Source of the DNA: Tubulanus polymorphus | Taxonomy: Eukaryota > Animalia > Nemertea | Assembly: GCF_964204645.1 (NCBI RefSeq) | Contig: NC_134025.1 | Location: 28,562,299-28,626,298, forward strand | Reading direction: 5' to 3' | Length of the DNA stretch: 64,000 bases | Shown: piece by piece, positions 33,400 to 48,300 of the stretch | Layout: the number at the start of each line of letters is the position of its first letter | How positions within the stretch are numbered: the first letter of the stretch is position 1 | Translations under genes and position numbers: made by a program | The notes under the pieces: model-generated | What the model was told of the DNA's origin: nothing | The model's database searches: none | Seen by the model: only the letters and a program-made list of their open reading frames with translations

Positions 33400-36300
33400 T
33401 CACGATGAGAGCATGCAAGCTATGATGTAAAGTGAGAACCAGATCACAAATCTACTTTTGATTTGTTCAGATTGATTTCTAGTTTTTCTTGACCCACTTG
33501 AGGGATCTGAAAATAGAGTAAAACATTTACTGAACCACTTACATAGATTATACAATCTTTTCAATTGAGTAGTCAAACGTATCCTGCTTCATAGTAAAAA
33601 CCTTACCAAAATCCAGTGATAAATTTTTTATCAAAAAGCGAATATCTAGCAAAGTTTTGGATTATATGAGATTAGAATGTATAAATCTGCAATCAAGAAT
33701 TCATTATGTATTTTTGCTGCAATACATCAACTTCTTGGGAGAAATCGTTTCGCCGACTTGATTGATAACAATGAGAATTGATCAAATGTATGATGAAACA
33801 ACAGTTATGTATACAATGTGATGTACATTTGCAAGTCGTTCTGAAAGTAAGTGAGAAATCCTCGCACCAGAGACAGCTGATGATCCTTAATGAGTGCCTT
33901 TATGTGGACACATTTAGGACTCGGTAGTTTTCAAAATTGTAGGGTGCATCTTACATTATTGCAACACAGTTGCTGTGATCATGTTTTAGTGACACATTAA
34001 GTACCCAACGTGCTTCATCAAGAATTACTGATCACAGTAATTCACCTTGTCCGTTTTATATTCTGCGAGCAGATAATTGATTGTCATCTATAAAATAGTC
34101 CAATTTTCCTACATTGACGAACGTTGAAAAAACTCCACACTTTCCCTAATAGAAATTTACCGGTAAGAAGAAAAAAGCAGATCACATCGAAGCAAAGATG
34201 TAAGCAAAAAATATTAGTAGATGCTGTTCAAATAGTAAGAAATTGATATATAGATTGATATATAGATGTAATGGATATATTATACATATATTATCAGGAG
34301 GCTGAATAGAGTTCGGGGAATATTTGTGAATGTTGTGAAAATGTGGAATGAAACTGATATGAAATCTGTGAAAGGGATGACGCAATAAGGTTGGTTCTTG
34401 GAAGGAAATGTTTTTCTTTTTTTTGACAGATAATTTGATAAAATTAACTCATTTAAATAGACTTGGAACTCGTTGGAAATTATGCACAAACATTTCACAG
34501 TGTTGTGACGCACAACACAAATCCTGTGCATAATGTGATCCAAACGCTTTTCATGCCTCAGCATAGAATAGTTTAGACAAGATGCATCGTAGGATGTAAT
34601 ATCGAAGAAAGGAAGATAGCATGTGAATGATTAGTAAAAAGCCTTCTGTTCATGCAGCGCATCTTTCTCACCTAATTCATCTTTGTCAGGAATCTTAGCA
34701 TCATACGGGGCTACCTCCTGAGACCTGTTTGTTGGAGGTAGGAGCCCCACATTTAGAGAAGTAGGGTTCACGTCTGTAAGACAAATTGCCATGAAAATAC
34801 CTCTAAATAATTGAATGTCTCGCTAAATCATAAGATCGCCAGCCATATTGTTTTTGAAATGATCGAATGACATTTTGTAATGTGTCCATTTTGTTCGTAT
34901 TTGCAAGACACAGAATATATAGACAGACAACTGAAGCCAAAATATATATCGAGAGAAAATGAGGACAATAGGAACAGCTAGGATGGATAGATCGATTGAA
35001 TTCACATGTGTAGAAAATGTTTATTCAGCCAGCATAGATTTATTAAACATCCGAATTGAGAGTATGACCAGAAATCAAGCAAAGCACATATTTTTCATAA
35101 ACGGAAAAGAATAACTGCAAACCACACATTTGGATGATTTTATCGAAATACAAAACGTGAGTGTAATATAAAAAATATAGATATAGAGATATGATGTATG
35201 CATATATATGATATGGTTTATAGTTGAAATTATATGAGATTGAATGGATTTCTATTCAAACACGTATATGTATAAAATCCTTACCATCGGACGAAATAAA
35301 AGTGTAGGATGCCAGAAATCCTTGTTCATCGAATTTCTCATTTGACTTGAACGTCACGCGAAAGAATTCATCTTTCGATGTAATCGGGTCGAAATTTAGA
35401 TGACTGCCGCAGTATCGAGTCGGTTTACTGTTCGGCTCCATTTCTGATAATTCTAAATAGTCGCTGTGAGTTGTATCACTACAACTGTAAATAAAGAGAA
35501 CTGATGATGAAGCCGGTCAACAACTGTGTAATACATTTGAAAGCCTTGTTGTTTTTTTGGCTTCACAGTTAAATCAGGCTCGAATTAGAAACTCAACAAC
35601 AGATACGCGTGAGTTTCATTTCATTTATTGAAGGATTGTTTGTATATACGTACTCGTGTTTTAAACCCTCCACTTTGAATTCTTTTAACGTCACTTTTAC
35701 CCTCTCATTTTTCTGACCGTAAAATAAGTAATGACATTCCGTCACTCGTGGATAGATTCCTGGATAATTCGGTGACCAGAACTCTCCGGTCATTTGCTGT
35801 TTACTTTTGTAGATAAACCCACAAACTATAAGTGAATATGAAATAGGTTTTATCATCAACGATCATCGTTGATATTAATTTTCTCGTTCAGTCGCGTTCA
35901 AATTAACATTTTTTCGTTTACCTTTATCGGAATCTTGAAGACCGGTTTGGATTCCAAAATCTGCAAAGAAAGATTGGATGAGAACGTGTTACAAAGAAAG
36001 GAATTTCAAAAATGTCTAATAACATGATCTAATCCATCAACTATTCGAGCAATCTTTTCTGTTCCTGGCAGTTTAGACGATCCCACTTATCTTCTTAAAC
36101 TAGATTTCGTGTTTTCATTGCTGTTGAAAAGATTGTTAAATCGATACTGATTGATGATTTTTCCAAAACTTACTCGTAACGAATTTGTATCTGGCTTTGA
36201 AACCTCGCACTCCAACTGGATTCTCCACCGACACAAACCTCAACGTCATCTGATGGTTGCTCGACATGAGGGCCGGAGGAAGCTTCGAACCGCAATACGG

Positions 36301-39300
36301 ATTCATTTCAGAAGCGGATCCATTTATGTAAACTGTTACTCTTAATGAATCGACGCCATTACAACTGAAATATCGAGTAAACGTTATCATTTCACTCTTT
36401 TTTTTTCAAATATAATAATCCATTTAGTAAACGTATAACTTTCACTTATCTGAACTTACTCTTTAGGGTCATACTTGTCGGGATGATCAAAATATAACTC
36501 GAAGTCTTCAAATATTATTTGTACCCTTTCCCTTCCTCTTCCATAGAAATTGTAGACGCATGATGTTTTAGGATATGTTTGTGGATAATTCATAGATTTT
36601 ATAACGCCAGACTTGCTTTTTGTGCTGATTATGTCTATCTTACATTCATTCACTGAAAAATAAAAACAGTTTTTATTCCGACGTGAGTTTAAAGAATTCA
36701 CCATTCAATCCACCATGAATGTCCCTCTATATAAATTCACACGCGAAGGTATATATACTAACAAGAATAATTTTGCATGCAGAAAAGTCTTGGCTTTAAC
36801 CGGATTAAGGAAAGAGCCGGCAAAGTCTGATCAGGCAACTGACATTCACAGATAAAAATAATGCGATAAAACAAACTAGATTTTCCTAAGGCCGAATGGC
36901 CTTTTGACTGGTATGACGATAGCCGAGGGCTGAAAGAAAGCTAAGACGTTCAATAAAAACTCGCGGCTGCAATATCGTGCTGTGTCTTACTTGTTTAACG
37001 GCGACGTAAAACTATCGGACGGAAGAAAATCCATTATACATCGATTTAAAAGATAAGACGATCTCCTTAAAGACATTATCAGCCGAAATAAAGTGCATCA
37101 GTTATCCCTAAATCAACCTCAATAGAGGTCCGACTTTCCCCCGAAGATGATCTAATTACCCAGTTTGCTCACCACAGTCAGTAATCATAGTCCATCCTAA
37201 TTAAACAGTAAGATTTGGTCACTGTAGGGCCAGTATATTCGATATGCAATCAGTAAGATGAAGTATTTACCCACGAGACTGGAGGGACTGGAGGACCATT
37301 GAAATTGATGACACGCGATATACATAAATCAAAGGACGGCTGTCATTTAAGAGCATCTTATAGGCTGTATGAGATTTAGCGTCGAAATTTGAATGATGAG
37401 AAATAACGAGCCGAGAACTATTTAGATTTGTTTAAAGAGTGCTGTTGAATTCTGCTGAACATTCTTGAGTAATCACATCCAGGATTCTGTAGAACTGGCG
37501 TGAGAAGCGAAGACCACTCAAATACTTCCGTATTAATCAAATACAGGTATGGCTGTTACTCATGGGTGAACATGTTCCGATCTCAGTACGAGGGTCACCA
37601 CGAGTCATCTGCGAGTCACATTTGCATTAGGAGACGATCATCTTGGGCAAGGACAAACAATAACGACTAGATTTATTATGCCTACTAGCGACGTCACGTC
37701 TGTCTGTCTGTTAGCCATTGAGTAGGCCTATACGACAGGGAGAATAATGTTTGCCTTAATACACGATTGATTCAATAATTAATTATGTATAAGCGACAGG
37801 CAGCTGCGTTACCCACTTGTAGCCTATGGCTTCCCTAATCGCGATTGTTGAGTTTAATATCACTGTCATTTGCATTATTTGACAGTGCTGTTTATTCTCG
37901 GAGTTCTCGGTGACAGTGGTTTTGCTGATGCATTACAAAATCATATCTTATCAAAATTCTCTCCCTATCTCATCTTCTTATTCATTATGATTACTGTATT
38001 TGCGTTGCCATGGTTTCCACGTTTACCATAACAATAATATCATTTTTGTGTTAAGAAACTTGTGTAATATAAGTTTCACCAGGGAACGTTAAACCGCCAC
38101 GATATCAGGTTCATCGTTTGATGCCGTCAGAATGACATCGTGGAAAATGTAGATGATTTCATTGAACCTTTTGAATGTAATGCTATCCTTTATCTCTGCC
38201 TAGATAATGCTTTATCGGCAACTTTATTTTTTTGTAAATCCAACGCGTCGTAGAGAGCTGATTTGATATCCAATTTTCAAAGTATCATCTGCAAGCGTTA
38301 TGTTTTTAATCATCCAATTCATAGACTCAGCCGCGGACGCTCTATTCAAGTGACAGATTATTTCCAACAAAATTGCTGTTCAGATGCCGAGATAACTGTT
38401 GCCGATGATTAGAAAATTGTGGAAATACCGACTTGATTGATTTCATTGGCACCATTTATAATGAAATCCGTGCTATTCACGTGTAAATCTTGTATGAGAG
38501 TCAGTGCGCAGCAGTGCATTGATCCATCACCATCTTTATGATTTCAGTAACCATTATTTCATCTTAGAGAAACAATCGTTCCATGCACAAACGACCATCG
38601 AATATATACAACGTAATAACATGTAATATATACGATCAAATTTGAATTGTATTATCGGTATATTTTGTATTTGTGATATTTGGTATCAATATTGCGTGCT
38701 TTTCATCTAAATGGTGAACGGTTTTTCAGCCTGGTGAACAGTCATACCCTGACTGATATAGCTTGAAGTTGACAGACAGCTAATGAAAGGCGTTATCTAT
38801 GCCTATAATATGGCGATGTCCATCCAGCTTGCCACGTAATTTTGATGAAAGAAGGAAACAATTCTATCAGGTTTAGAATTATACATCGGATGTTTTTGTT
38901 GATGAACGCAGTAAGAGTTCGCGACATGGTTTCTCAGATAAGGAATCCTGTTTCTCGCATCCTGTTTGCTGTTTTTGTTTGTTTATCTCTGTATTCATAG
39001 TTTGGCTGTATCAGAATTTATGAATAATATTTAGCTATATGTGTTCATAGGCGATGTTTATGGGTGCAAAAATAATCTGCACTCAGGCAGAAAACAACGC
39101 TTTTGTGAGAGACTAGACTAATAAAAGCTGTCATATTGCTTGTCATCCGTCTGATTCTGATCTGTTTGATATTCCTTTCATGAAACTAGCACCCGTGTTC
39201 TCGAGGTTTGCGAAAAGAATCGAATTGTCATACGGAAAAATAAGACTCTATTCGTCGGCTGAGAAAGATGTTAATTTTTGTACATTCGCTCATAATTAGC

Positions 39301-42300
39301 AGCTGTCAAAATACGCTTCCACGCGCGAGATAATCAGAGATCTGCGTCGTTCTAGAAACCAGACACACACGAAACAAAAAACTGGAAGAATTGATCATGT
39401 CTTGTAATGTCACTCAACCCTCGTATGGTTGCTGTCATTTTTGCGATAAGGTGCGATGACCAATCTTTATTTACTGACGGATATGAAAAAGTATATGGGT
39501 GTAATGATTTTTAAGCCACTCCAAGTCAGGGATGACATTTAGATGTCTACTGAAAACATATATATATATATATATATATTTATAAGCCCTCGAGGAAGAC
39601 AGTGCAAGTATTATTGGCATTTCTCTACATCCGTTATACGTTTATATTTTCTCGTACAAAAATCTATCTATCTCTTTTATGACCATAGGGCAAACAATTT
39701 ACCCGTCATGATAGAATTGCAGCAAAACAAATTGGAACGCGTCTATGACCCGTGATACTTCGAATATTGAATAAATGTAGCATTTTTAGTTAAAAAAATT
39801 CTGGCAATACACTTCGTTTCCAAAGCGAGTAACTTCTATAGTAATTCAATAATGAAAAAATGAACACTTTGATATACGGAAATATCTATTTGGTATTTGT
39901 GTAGACGCGCTACTGTAAACTCTGTAATAACCGTATAGATTACTGGCAGATCAGACGCTTCGTGATTCGAACGACGGAAATTCGCCAGGAAATTAAAAAC
40001 GTAGATTAAACGTGTTAAACATGACGAGGATTGGCCATTAAAGATTACCACCAGCCAAAATGATCTCCAGTTCGTCAGACAAGGTATAGGTGATCCGAAA
40101 TACTGATTGATTTCTAGTAGTCTGTATGTCTGCTCAAATCTAACCTTTCGCGTTAGTATATACTTATATAGCTTTTATATCTTACATCGATTTTATCATT
40201 TGTAATAATAGAAAATTTTCAATATTCTAGATGAGCAGCATTGATAAATGAAAAAAGAATGCCACAAAACTCGACGGTATTCGTTCATTCGAAATTCATT
40301 GGGCGCCGTGAAAATCCTTATCCGAGTTATTTATAGCTATTTGGGTAAACTACCCATGTATGCTTATATCTGTAAATCACACGCGAGGTCTGTTCTATTA
40401 CCCTCTCATAGCTATAACAGTAATGCACCTCTCACAAATCGAATTAAACCAACAGCACTGTCAATACTGCTAGAAACCACAGTGTCAACCGACATGAAAA
40501 AATGTCACTAAATTTCCCGGTTACAGCAAGACCATAACTGCAAAAAGGGAAACTCTAGTTCGTATACTGATGCCTACATTACTTCAGCATAGACCAGCAT
40601 TCTATCTTCATGTAGGTCTATCTAATCAATCTTGACCGCAGAAAATGTGTCGATGGCCAAAGCTGTTCTTTGGCCCTACTAAACTTCGATCGTCAAAGCG
40701 CACCAGAAAATCAGAGCAAGCACCGCCGAATGCTAAAAGCATTTCCTTGTCAGGAAATAGTTGACTATCTGTAGGATGTTGATACAACCTGCTCTGCCTT
40801 CGAGCAACGAGTTAAAACACTCGAAATAACTCCACGAAAGTTGAAAATTCCTTGGTTTCAAAGAATCGTATGTTCGAAGAAATTAATTTTCGAGAGAAAT
40901 TATCACAGTGTGGAATTTATGATCTATCGCGCAAGTCGGTGGAATCTCTGAAATACCGCAAACCCATTAAAATTCCGTTCGACAAATATAATCAAATTAG
41001 AAAATGTAATTAATCGATGTTTGTATAACGGCTTCACAGAAAGATGATAAAACTATACTGATGCGAGAACATCGAATGGCACTAAACATCAGGTTAAACG
41101 ATAATCTAAATGAATTCAACCAATTCAAAAGCGATTTGTATATTTCACCCCTTGTCGATAAACCATACGTCATAAATCAAAAAATTAATTTTCTGTTACT
41201 CAGAACACCGAGATATCAAAACGGATAATTCATTCGTGAAATAATACGTAGAATGGCAGTAAAGATATGATTTTTAACTAATCTGCGCCGACGCGATACG
41301 TCTGGCAAACATTTTAATAACGCGCAATTATCAGTCGCATACTCGCTAACACAAAATATCAAATGATACGAACTTATATCAGTCCTTTTGCTACGAGAAA
41401 TTAGTTCGCTCGGTCTGCCCTATGGCTAGTTTTTGTCTGATTCCGTGACGGAAGATGAATAATTTGAAAGGAAATTCTCCTGGCGATATAGCATTGACGC
41501 ATTAGTTGGTAAAAGCATGGATGTACTGAGGAATATTATTAGATGCTGTTAAGTTTCTGACCGCAAGTACCAGCAACAGGTGATACAGCTGTATATGATG
41601 AGAGCATAGACATATAGAGATCTATGTTTAGCGAGAATATAGATATGTAAATAAAACTGCGTGTTATTTTAAAGAATAATTTCATAGATTTGATAGAATC
41701 GAATGTGAAATGCTCGTCAATAATGTTACATTAGCCCATCCTTTCATCCTTTGTTGTATATATGTAACACCAGTGAATTCTTTTTCCATGCAGGGGCAGA
41801 TGAAATGAATGTGACGGTCAAAGTGCCAACAAAAAAAGCACCGACCAGGTGGAGATTTAAAGCTATTTCTGCTTAAGTAAATAGAAATAGTGACTAGCAC
41901 CTGAGAGCGAACGCATATAGAAATTGCATATAATAAATGAATTCATTTCTAAAGCAACGGGATATATTAATTTCACTTTCAAGATACGTAAGTGCAGCTC
42001 ATACCCAAAAGGAAAGTATCATCAAAAGAAAAAATAGAGCGAAGAAAAATGAGTAATACAGATGACAGAAATGTCACTGTGTGAGGAGACATGAATATGA
42101 AATCCCTATGCTTGTAAAGATAATGAGCGCGCGCTGCACAGAGAATCCGAACATAATGAAAAATATCGCAATCCTTCCGTTACCGAGAATCGCAAGATTT
42201 AATGAAAGGAAGAACGATCAATGGCAAATCAATGCGTTACATAAGGTTGAACGTAATTCTGAAACAAGTGAACGGTACTCATTTTTAACCACAAATGGAT

Positions 42301-45300
42301 GCAGAGGCTTAAAACATGGATGCCTACTTGATTTAAGATGTTTGAGAAAAATGTCAACAACGTTTTCGATTCTAATTACAGTCTATACTCTGTTGTAATG
42401 CGGGGATCAATGGAACGAGATCAATTTCCTAAAATTAGACGACATCATCATCCGATACACAATCATTTCAACTGCTATTACACGCGATAATAGTTACCGT
42501 AAACTACAGCATAATGACGGATAGATATGTCAACGTTACTTCCACTCGGCTTCACTGGTTTCACTAGATTCCGTACGATTTAACTTCAATTCGGAATTCA
42601 CTTTAGTTTATGAAAATACCAGCGAGTTTTTGTCAAGAATCGCTACCTTACTGAACCTGATATTAATTCGATACGCAGAAAGCAGAGTTTGGGTGTTGCC
42701 TGAAGTGAATATCAAACGAAAAGATGAGATCAAAATTGTTTGGGAATTACATATGATTTCATTCACGTTACCCTCAAACACTTTTGTATTTCAAACACGA
42801 CATTTCTAAACTTCATGAGATTCATAACGAGTAGTGATGTTGACTCCTCGAAGCCAAATCGACCGTGGAAGAAATAGCTCGAATAGCCCAATGATTTGTG
42901 AGAGGAAATCATTACTGAAGATTTGATGTGTGACAATAACAAACTAGAAGAAGCCTGCATGGGTGTCATAGTAACATCGGTGATAGATGAACATAGTCTG
43001 TAAGATCCGATCCATTCTCGTGTCATAATACTCATGGTTTTAAGTGGACCGAAGTAACTGATGAGTCGGATGGTATTCCCGCGAGTCAATGAGAGTCGAT
43101 GTAGAAACAGACTGAAATAACAGTTAATCTCCCCGAAAAAAAGAGAGAGGCTTCGAGCTTTATCATCAAAAAGACACTGAAAATCGAAGACAACATCAAC
43201 TATTCATCTATATCAGAGACTAACACGTAAATCTCCTCGATGAGAATAGATATTGTCCGAAACCAAGTTGCAATTAGAATTGATATGGCTATAGAAGGTT
43301 ATTTCCCACGGATGTGTCATAAGCACTAACTCATTCGATGCGGAAACACCATCTAAGTGCCAACAGTCACACTCTAAAGCCCACTTAGTATTTCCATGGT
43401 ATCTACAGATATAAGTATAGCTAACAGTCCTTGTAACGGTCGCCAATGATACTCTAGTGTCAGGACGACATACCACAAAACCTGATTGATACACCATCAT
43501 TAATCCCCCGGGAACGACAATGCTTTCTACTGTAATGCAACATTCAGGCAATACCACGTATCTTAGTTCATAAAAGTCTTCTACGGAAATTACACTGGAA
43601 AGGTTTGCCCATCTTTATTCTCGATTTTACCAGGGTTTTCTGCATCGATCGGATACATTATTTCAACGCAAAGATTTCAACATATCCAATATGCAAATAA
43701 ATGCATCTATTACGATCGACGAACTAAAAAAATGATTGCATTAAATCCGTTGATACGCTAAGCTTAATCTAACAGCAATCGAGGCTTGTACGTGCACTAT
43801 GCCTGAAGACTTAATCAGTATTTTATTATGTATTTCATTGTGAGAGTCCTAAGTGGAAAGAAAGCTGTGGCAGAGTGATAAATGAATATAGCCATAGTTT
43901 GAATCGACTTTCATCATGCGCACTTAATCCACCAAGCTCAACGCCAATTTCCATATAAATCAGATCTGTGCTGTTAATCGCCAGTGCAACAGTTTGTCCG
44001 CTAAAACGACAACCGTTTATTTTTTTCTCGCACCTGATTTTTCTCATGAATAAATATCCGACGACTCCGACTTAAGAAGTTTCATTTGGTTGGTTAAGCT
44101 GAGTGATGCGTGCGGATAAAATAGTTGATAACACGACGTGCTAGCAAAAAAGAACGTTGACAAACTACCGGTTTCACCAAATAAATACCCCTTTATACTT
44201 ATACTACGTGAAGAATTGAAGAAACATTATTTCATCTTCAGATTACAGAATATCATACATCGCCGGTTGGGAAAAATGATCGTGCAATAATCAGATCACT
44301 ATTACTTCTATTTGTCCGTTTAATCCGGATTTTCAAGTCTTTTGTGCTATATATATTTTCTCTGTAACACTCGCTTTGCTCGTTTCATGAACTGCGGACA
44401 TAAATCATTCATATCACTCGCAGTCTTATCTCAGATTTCAGTTTTCGGATCGATATTTACTTCGGGATTTCATGATTTTTTTTCTCGTGTTAGAATAATC
44501 TTTGAAATCGCAACACCTGACTCCAATGAGACGTGGAAACGCACCTACTGGAAAAATGGTCTAATTCTACGAAATACTGAAAAATACTACCGTAAATAGA
44601 TAACCCCTTTTTAAATAGGAATTAACCAGAAGTTTGACACACAGATACGTGAAATGTAGAAGGTTCAGTTGTTAAATAAACCAAAACACCAGCCATTTCA
44701 AACCTAAAACTATGGATGGGCAAGAGTATAGCGCTTGCCACAGTGAAATCCTGAGTCCATCGATAGGTAGTTAGCTACGATATCTACACGATGTATTAAC
44801 AGACTGGAAGTTAACTCGAGTTGCTCACCTTGATTTTCTTCGAATCCTACGCGATTGCTACGGACGAATTGTATCAGAATACCAAACAGAATCAGCTTCA
44901 ACGAAACCATTCTCAAAACTGCACCACATGCCGTTATTATGTTCCAACTACCGAAGTCCATTATTCCTCTCAATTTAATAATCCGACGTGCATGTAGAAA
45001 GTAGTTTACAACTGCATTGATGTAGTTTATAGACGCCTCCTCCAGTACTTCATTCAAGTGTAGTACTGAGACGACAATAAGTTTTTTGTTTCGATTAGTC
45101 TGCAACTCCTGCGACTGCGACCTACACGAGTTGCGGCTCTGACTGTCGCTCGGTTATCTTCACGCTGATTGGCAGTAGTAAACGCTCAAGGGTGAAAATA
45201 ACAAAGCCACATGTCATCCATCCAGTCACTTTACAGCAACAACCACTTGATGGAGAGAAATATATTACACTCTTCAAGTCAGCATCCCGCAGCAGAGTTC

Positions 45301-48300
45301 TGCTTCATAAAAACCCGTAGCAATCTGAATCAATGGCACGGGCATACGACCGTTTACCTGTGTTCAAATGACAGCTGTATCTGGCTCGTCGGTAGCTGTA
45401 AAGCGACGAGTTCTTCGAAAGATTATATCTCATCATTTTGAATGATTTCAGTAACGGTATAATATAATGAACGGGGTACTATGGTTACCGCTTTAAGCAG
45501 ATAATCTCCGTATGAAGCTATTTAAATGGAATTATATTCGCATAATTATCAATTGATACATCTTGGAGCTGGAATACACGTTTTGAAATACAACTTGCGG
45601 AGGCAGGCGTTGGCAGTTTGCTGGGATGGATTTCGTATTGAATACGCAGTGTTGATAATCTAAACGGCTGTTTTCGCTTGAGATCTTTCAATGAAGAATT
45701 ATCTGTGATACGTATATTTGATAACCCTAGTTTATCGTATTACTGAGTAATAGATCTTAAATCCAATTGCAATTTTCGCAGTGAAGCAAGTCATATTGAT
45801 TACTTATGTATTCCTTATTTCCGACACGATGAGATTGTGATTGCAGCCCCGGCGTATGTCGAACGGTGTCGACGAAATTCCAACCAATTCAACCGTAATC
45901 TTCAATCTGTGCGGTGTTGCGCGAATCAGCCCGTTGTAAATTACCGCTATGTTAGATTATGAATGCTGTAAACTCAAACATAACCTCATTCGCATTTAGA
46001 ACTAGCGATGGAGTCACGCATAAAAATTATCATAAATATTGCCTTAACACAAAAAATTGTCTTGTCCTTTCTTCAGAATGAGCTAACCGAAATCCTACGA
46101 TCTATAAACAACGAATGCATCAAATCTTCGTGGCATAATCAAGAACAGATAACCAGGAATAAAATATAAACCTGCTGTATGGATAGGAAAGAGCGAACCT
46201 TCTTTATTGTGACAAACATCAGTATTCCGGCTACAGCCTTGCTGTAATAAATCGCTTGGGTGTATAACCATTTATTCTTATCATGTTATTTTTACGTGGA
46301 TGTCAGTTGACCGGTAAACAAATGAAGGTTTTTTTCCTAGGCGACGATATTACTGAGCAGAGTGTAAAAGCAGCACCGGAGAGCCGAGTCATTTATCCGT
46401 AATGACAGATAATGAAGACACAGCAAAGGGAAAGAGCTTAATCAAATAATAAGAAAGGACGAGATGTGAAGCAATTCCGACATCTGACAATAGCTGAAAA
46501 ATCACTTAGATCAGAAAAACGACGTCTAATATTCCCAATGATGCAGATTCTTCCGAGGGAGATAATTTTTCTACGGGACAAACGCATTGTACAGATCACA
46601 CGGACGTAAATTAATTCGACCGACTATCCAACTATATCTGTACTTCGATTACCGATTTCGATATCAAACCTCTGTTCCGTTCCTGGCGGGTGTGACTGGT
46701 GGGTTTGTAAGGGACACTAAATCAAATCAAATAAATAAGAGGGACAATTCCCTACATCGAGATCAAAACTCTTAAGATTGACTACAAAACGCTGGCAATC
46801 GATACTCCTTCCCCGCTTGAGTAAACATCAAACTACTCAACTCATAAATTTTGAGGACTGTTTCGTGTTGGATATTTTGTAGCAGATTAGCGTTTGATAA
46901 ACCGCGAATTCGGTGCAAATTAATCGAAATGAAATTGGGTCAAAATATTCTCATTCTGTCAGAATATAAATGGCAGCTTCGGCTGGGATGGTACTTTGAC
47001 GCATGAATTAAACTCGACGTTCGAATAAATCCGTCTCGAGTGACCCGTTTTACCAAGATATCAACTGCACTTAAATAAGAATTATGTTTTAAACGGAAAA
47101 TGGAGAAAGAAATTGCCACAACTCGACAGCGGATTGATGCTAATATCTTTCCATCAGGCCACACACGTGCATCAGGGGAAATCAGAGTTAGAAGTGAAAG
47201 GAAGTGAAATAGTAAAATATTAGCTGATCACAGACACATACAGAATACGAGATATCGGTAGAGATTATTCAAATCTATTCTGAGTTTGTTGATTAGAAGA
47301 GAAATCAGACGTGGGCAAAAACGTTACGAATGTGTCTAGAGTCTAGACTAACGATCTCTCATTTCAATAATCAAAAGAAACTGAACATGCGAATTCATTG
47401 TAATCATTAATATTTCTAATTAAAAGGATGACAGTAATATCTATAACTACGTTTCCTCACATACATACATGCGTCATAGGTTTTGTTAGAAGAATGTTAG
47501 ACTGTTTATGATATGACAGATTATCAGGGTGTAAGAACCCAAAATACAATAGGATAGAATGATAGGTTATATAGTTAAGATATAGTGACAACATCCCTGA
47601 AATGAAGATTGATAGATAAGCATGACCTGTTTCATCCGTGATCATTCAATGATAAATTTACATGTAGGCTGCTCTGCCCTTTACTTGCGTTTTTTTGTAA
47701 AGGCACCGAATATACGCAATGCATTGTGAAGATTCCTTAATTTCAGATGGACACTCCCATCTATTGGACCCGTCCTGTGAAATGACTATTATAAAAATGT
47801 ACGTAATAACATGTAAATTAGATAGGAAAATTCAGAGTATGGTTCCAAGAGTCGGCTTGATAAACACTCTGGAACCAGTCTCCGACAGGCCATCCTATAG
47901 TACATGCACTAATTACCAACTAGCGAGCAGAATCTAACCTTGTTGAGGTAAACCATCACCATCAATAGTCTTGTCCTGTACGGGACGTTGAGTAGAGGGG
48001 GTAGAAGCAGGGTATAGGGAGGCTGGAAAAGAGGATGGGAGTTTGTGGAGGTAAAGAAGTGAGTTAGCAGTGAATAGGATTTGGTATAAGACAGCGATAG
48101 TGCAACAATAAGGATATTTCAATTCAGGCTATATGTATGGAAATTAATATTATTCAATTACTAAGTTTTCCATATTCTAACACGACTGATTCATCTTATA
48201 CTGCTCCATATCGTATAACCAAGTATGATAAGACGTTGATATCATTCATACAATAATCAAAATTTAGATATTTCGTGAGCGTATTCATTGGAAGACAAAC

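Noticed and set aside
34046-34087. AG/GT-bounded 42-nt segment in the last CUB-gene intron
   Set aside because: It is open only in phase 0 while the flanking exons are phase 1, where it hits a stop. It could make a secreted form, but there is no supporting evidence.
39559-39578. (TA)n tracts here and at ~32980, ~56058 and ~62794
   Set aside because: Ordinary short microsatellites.
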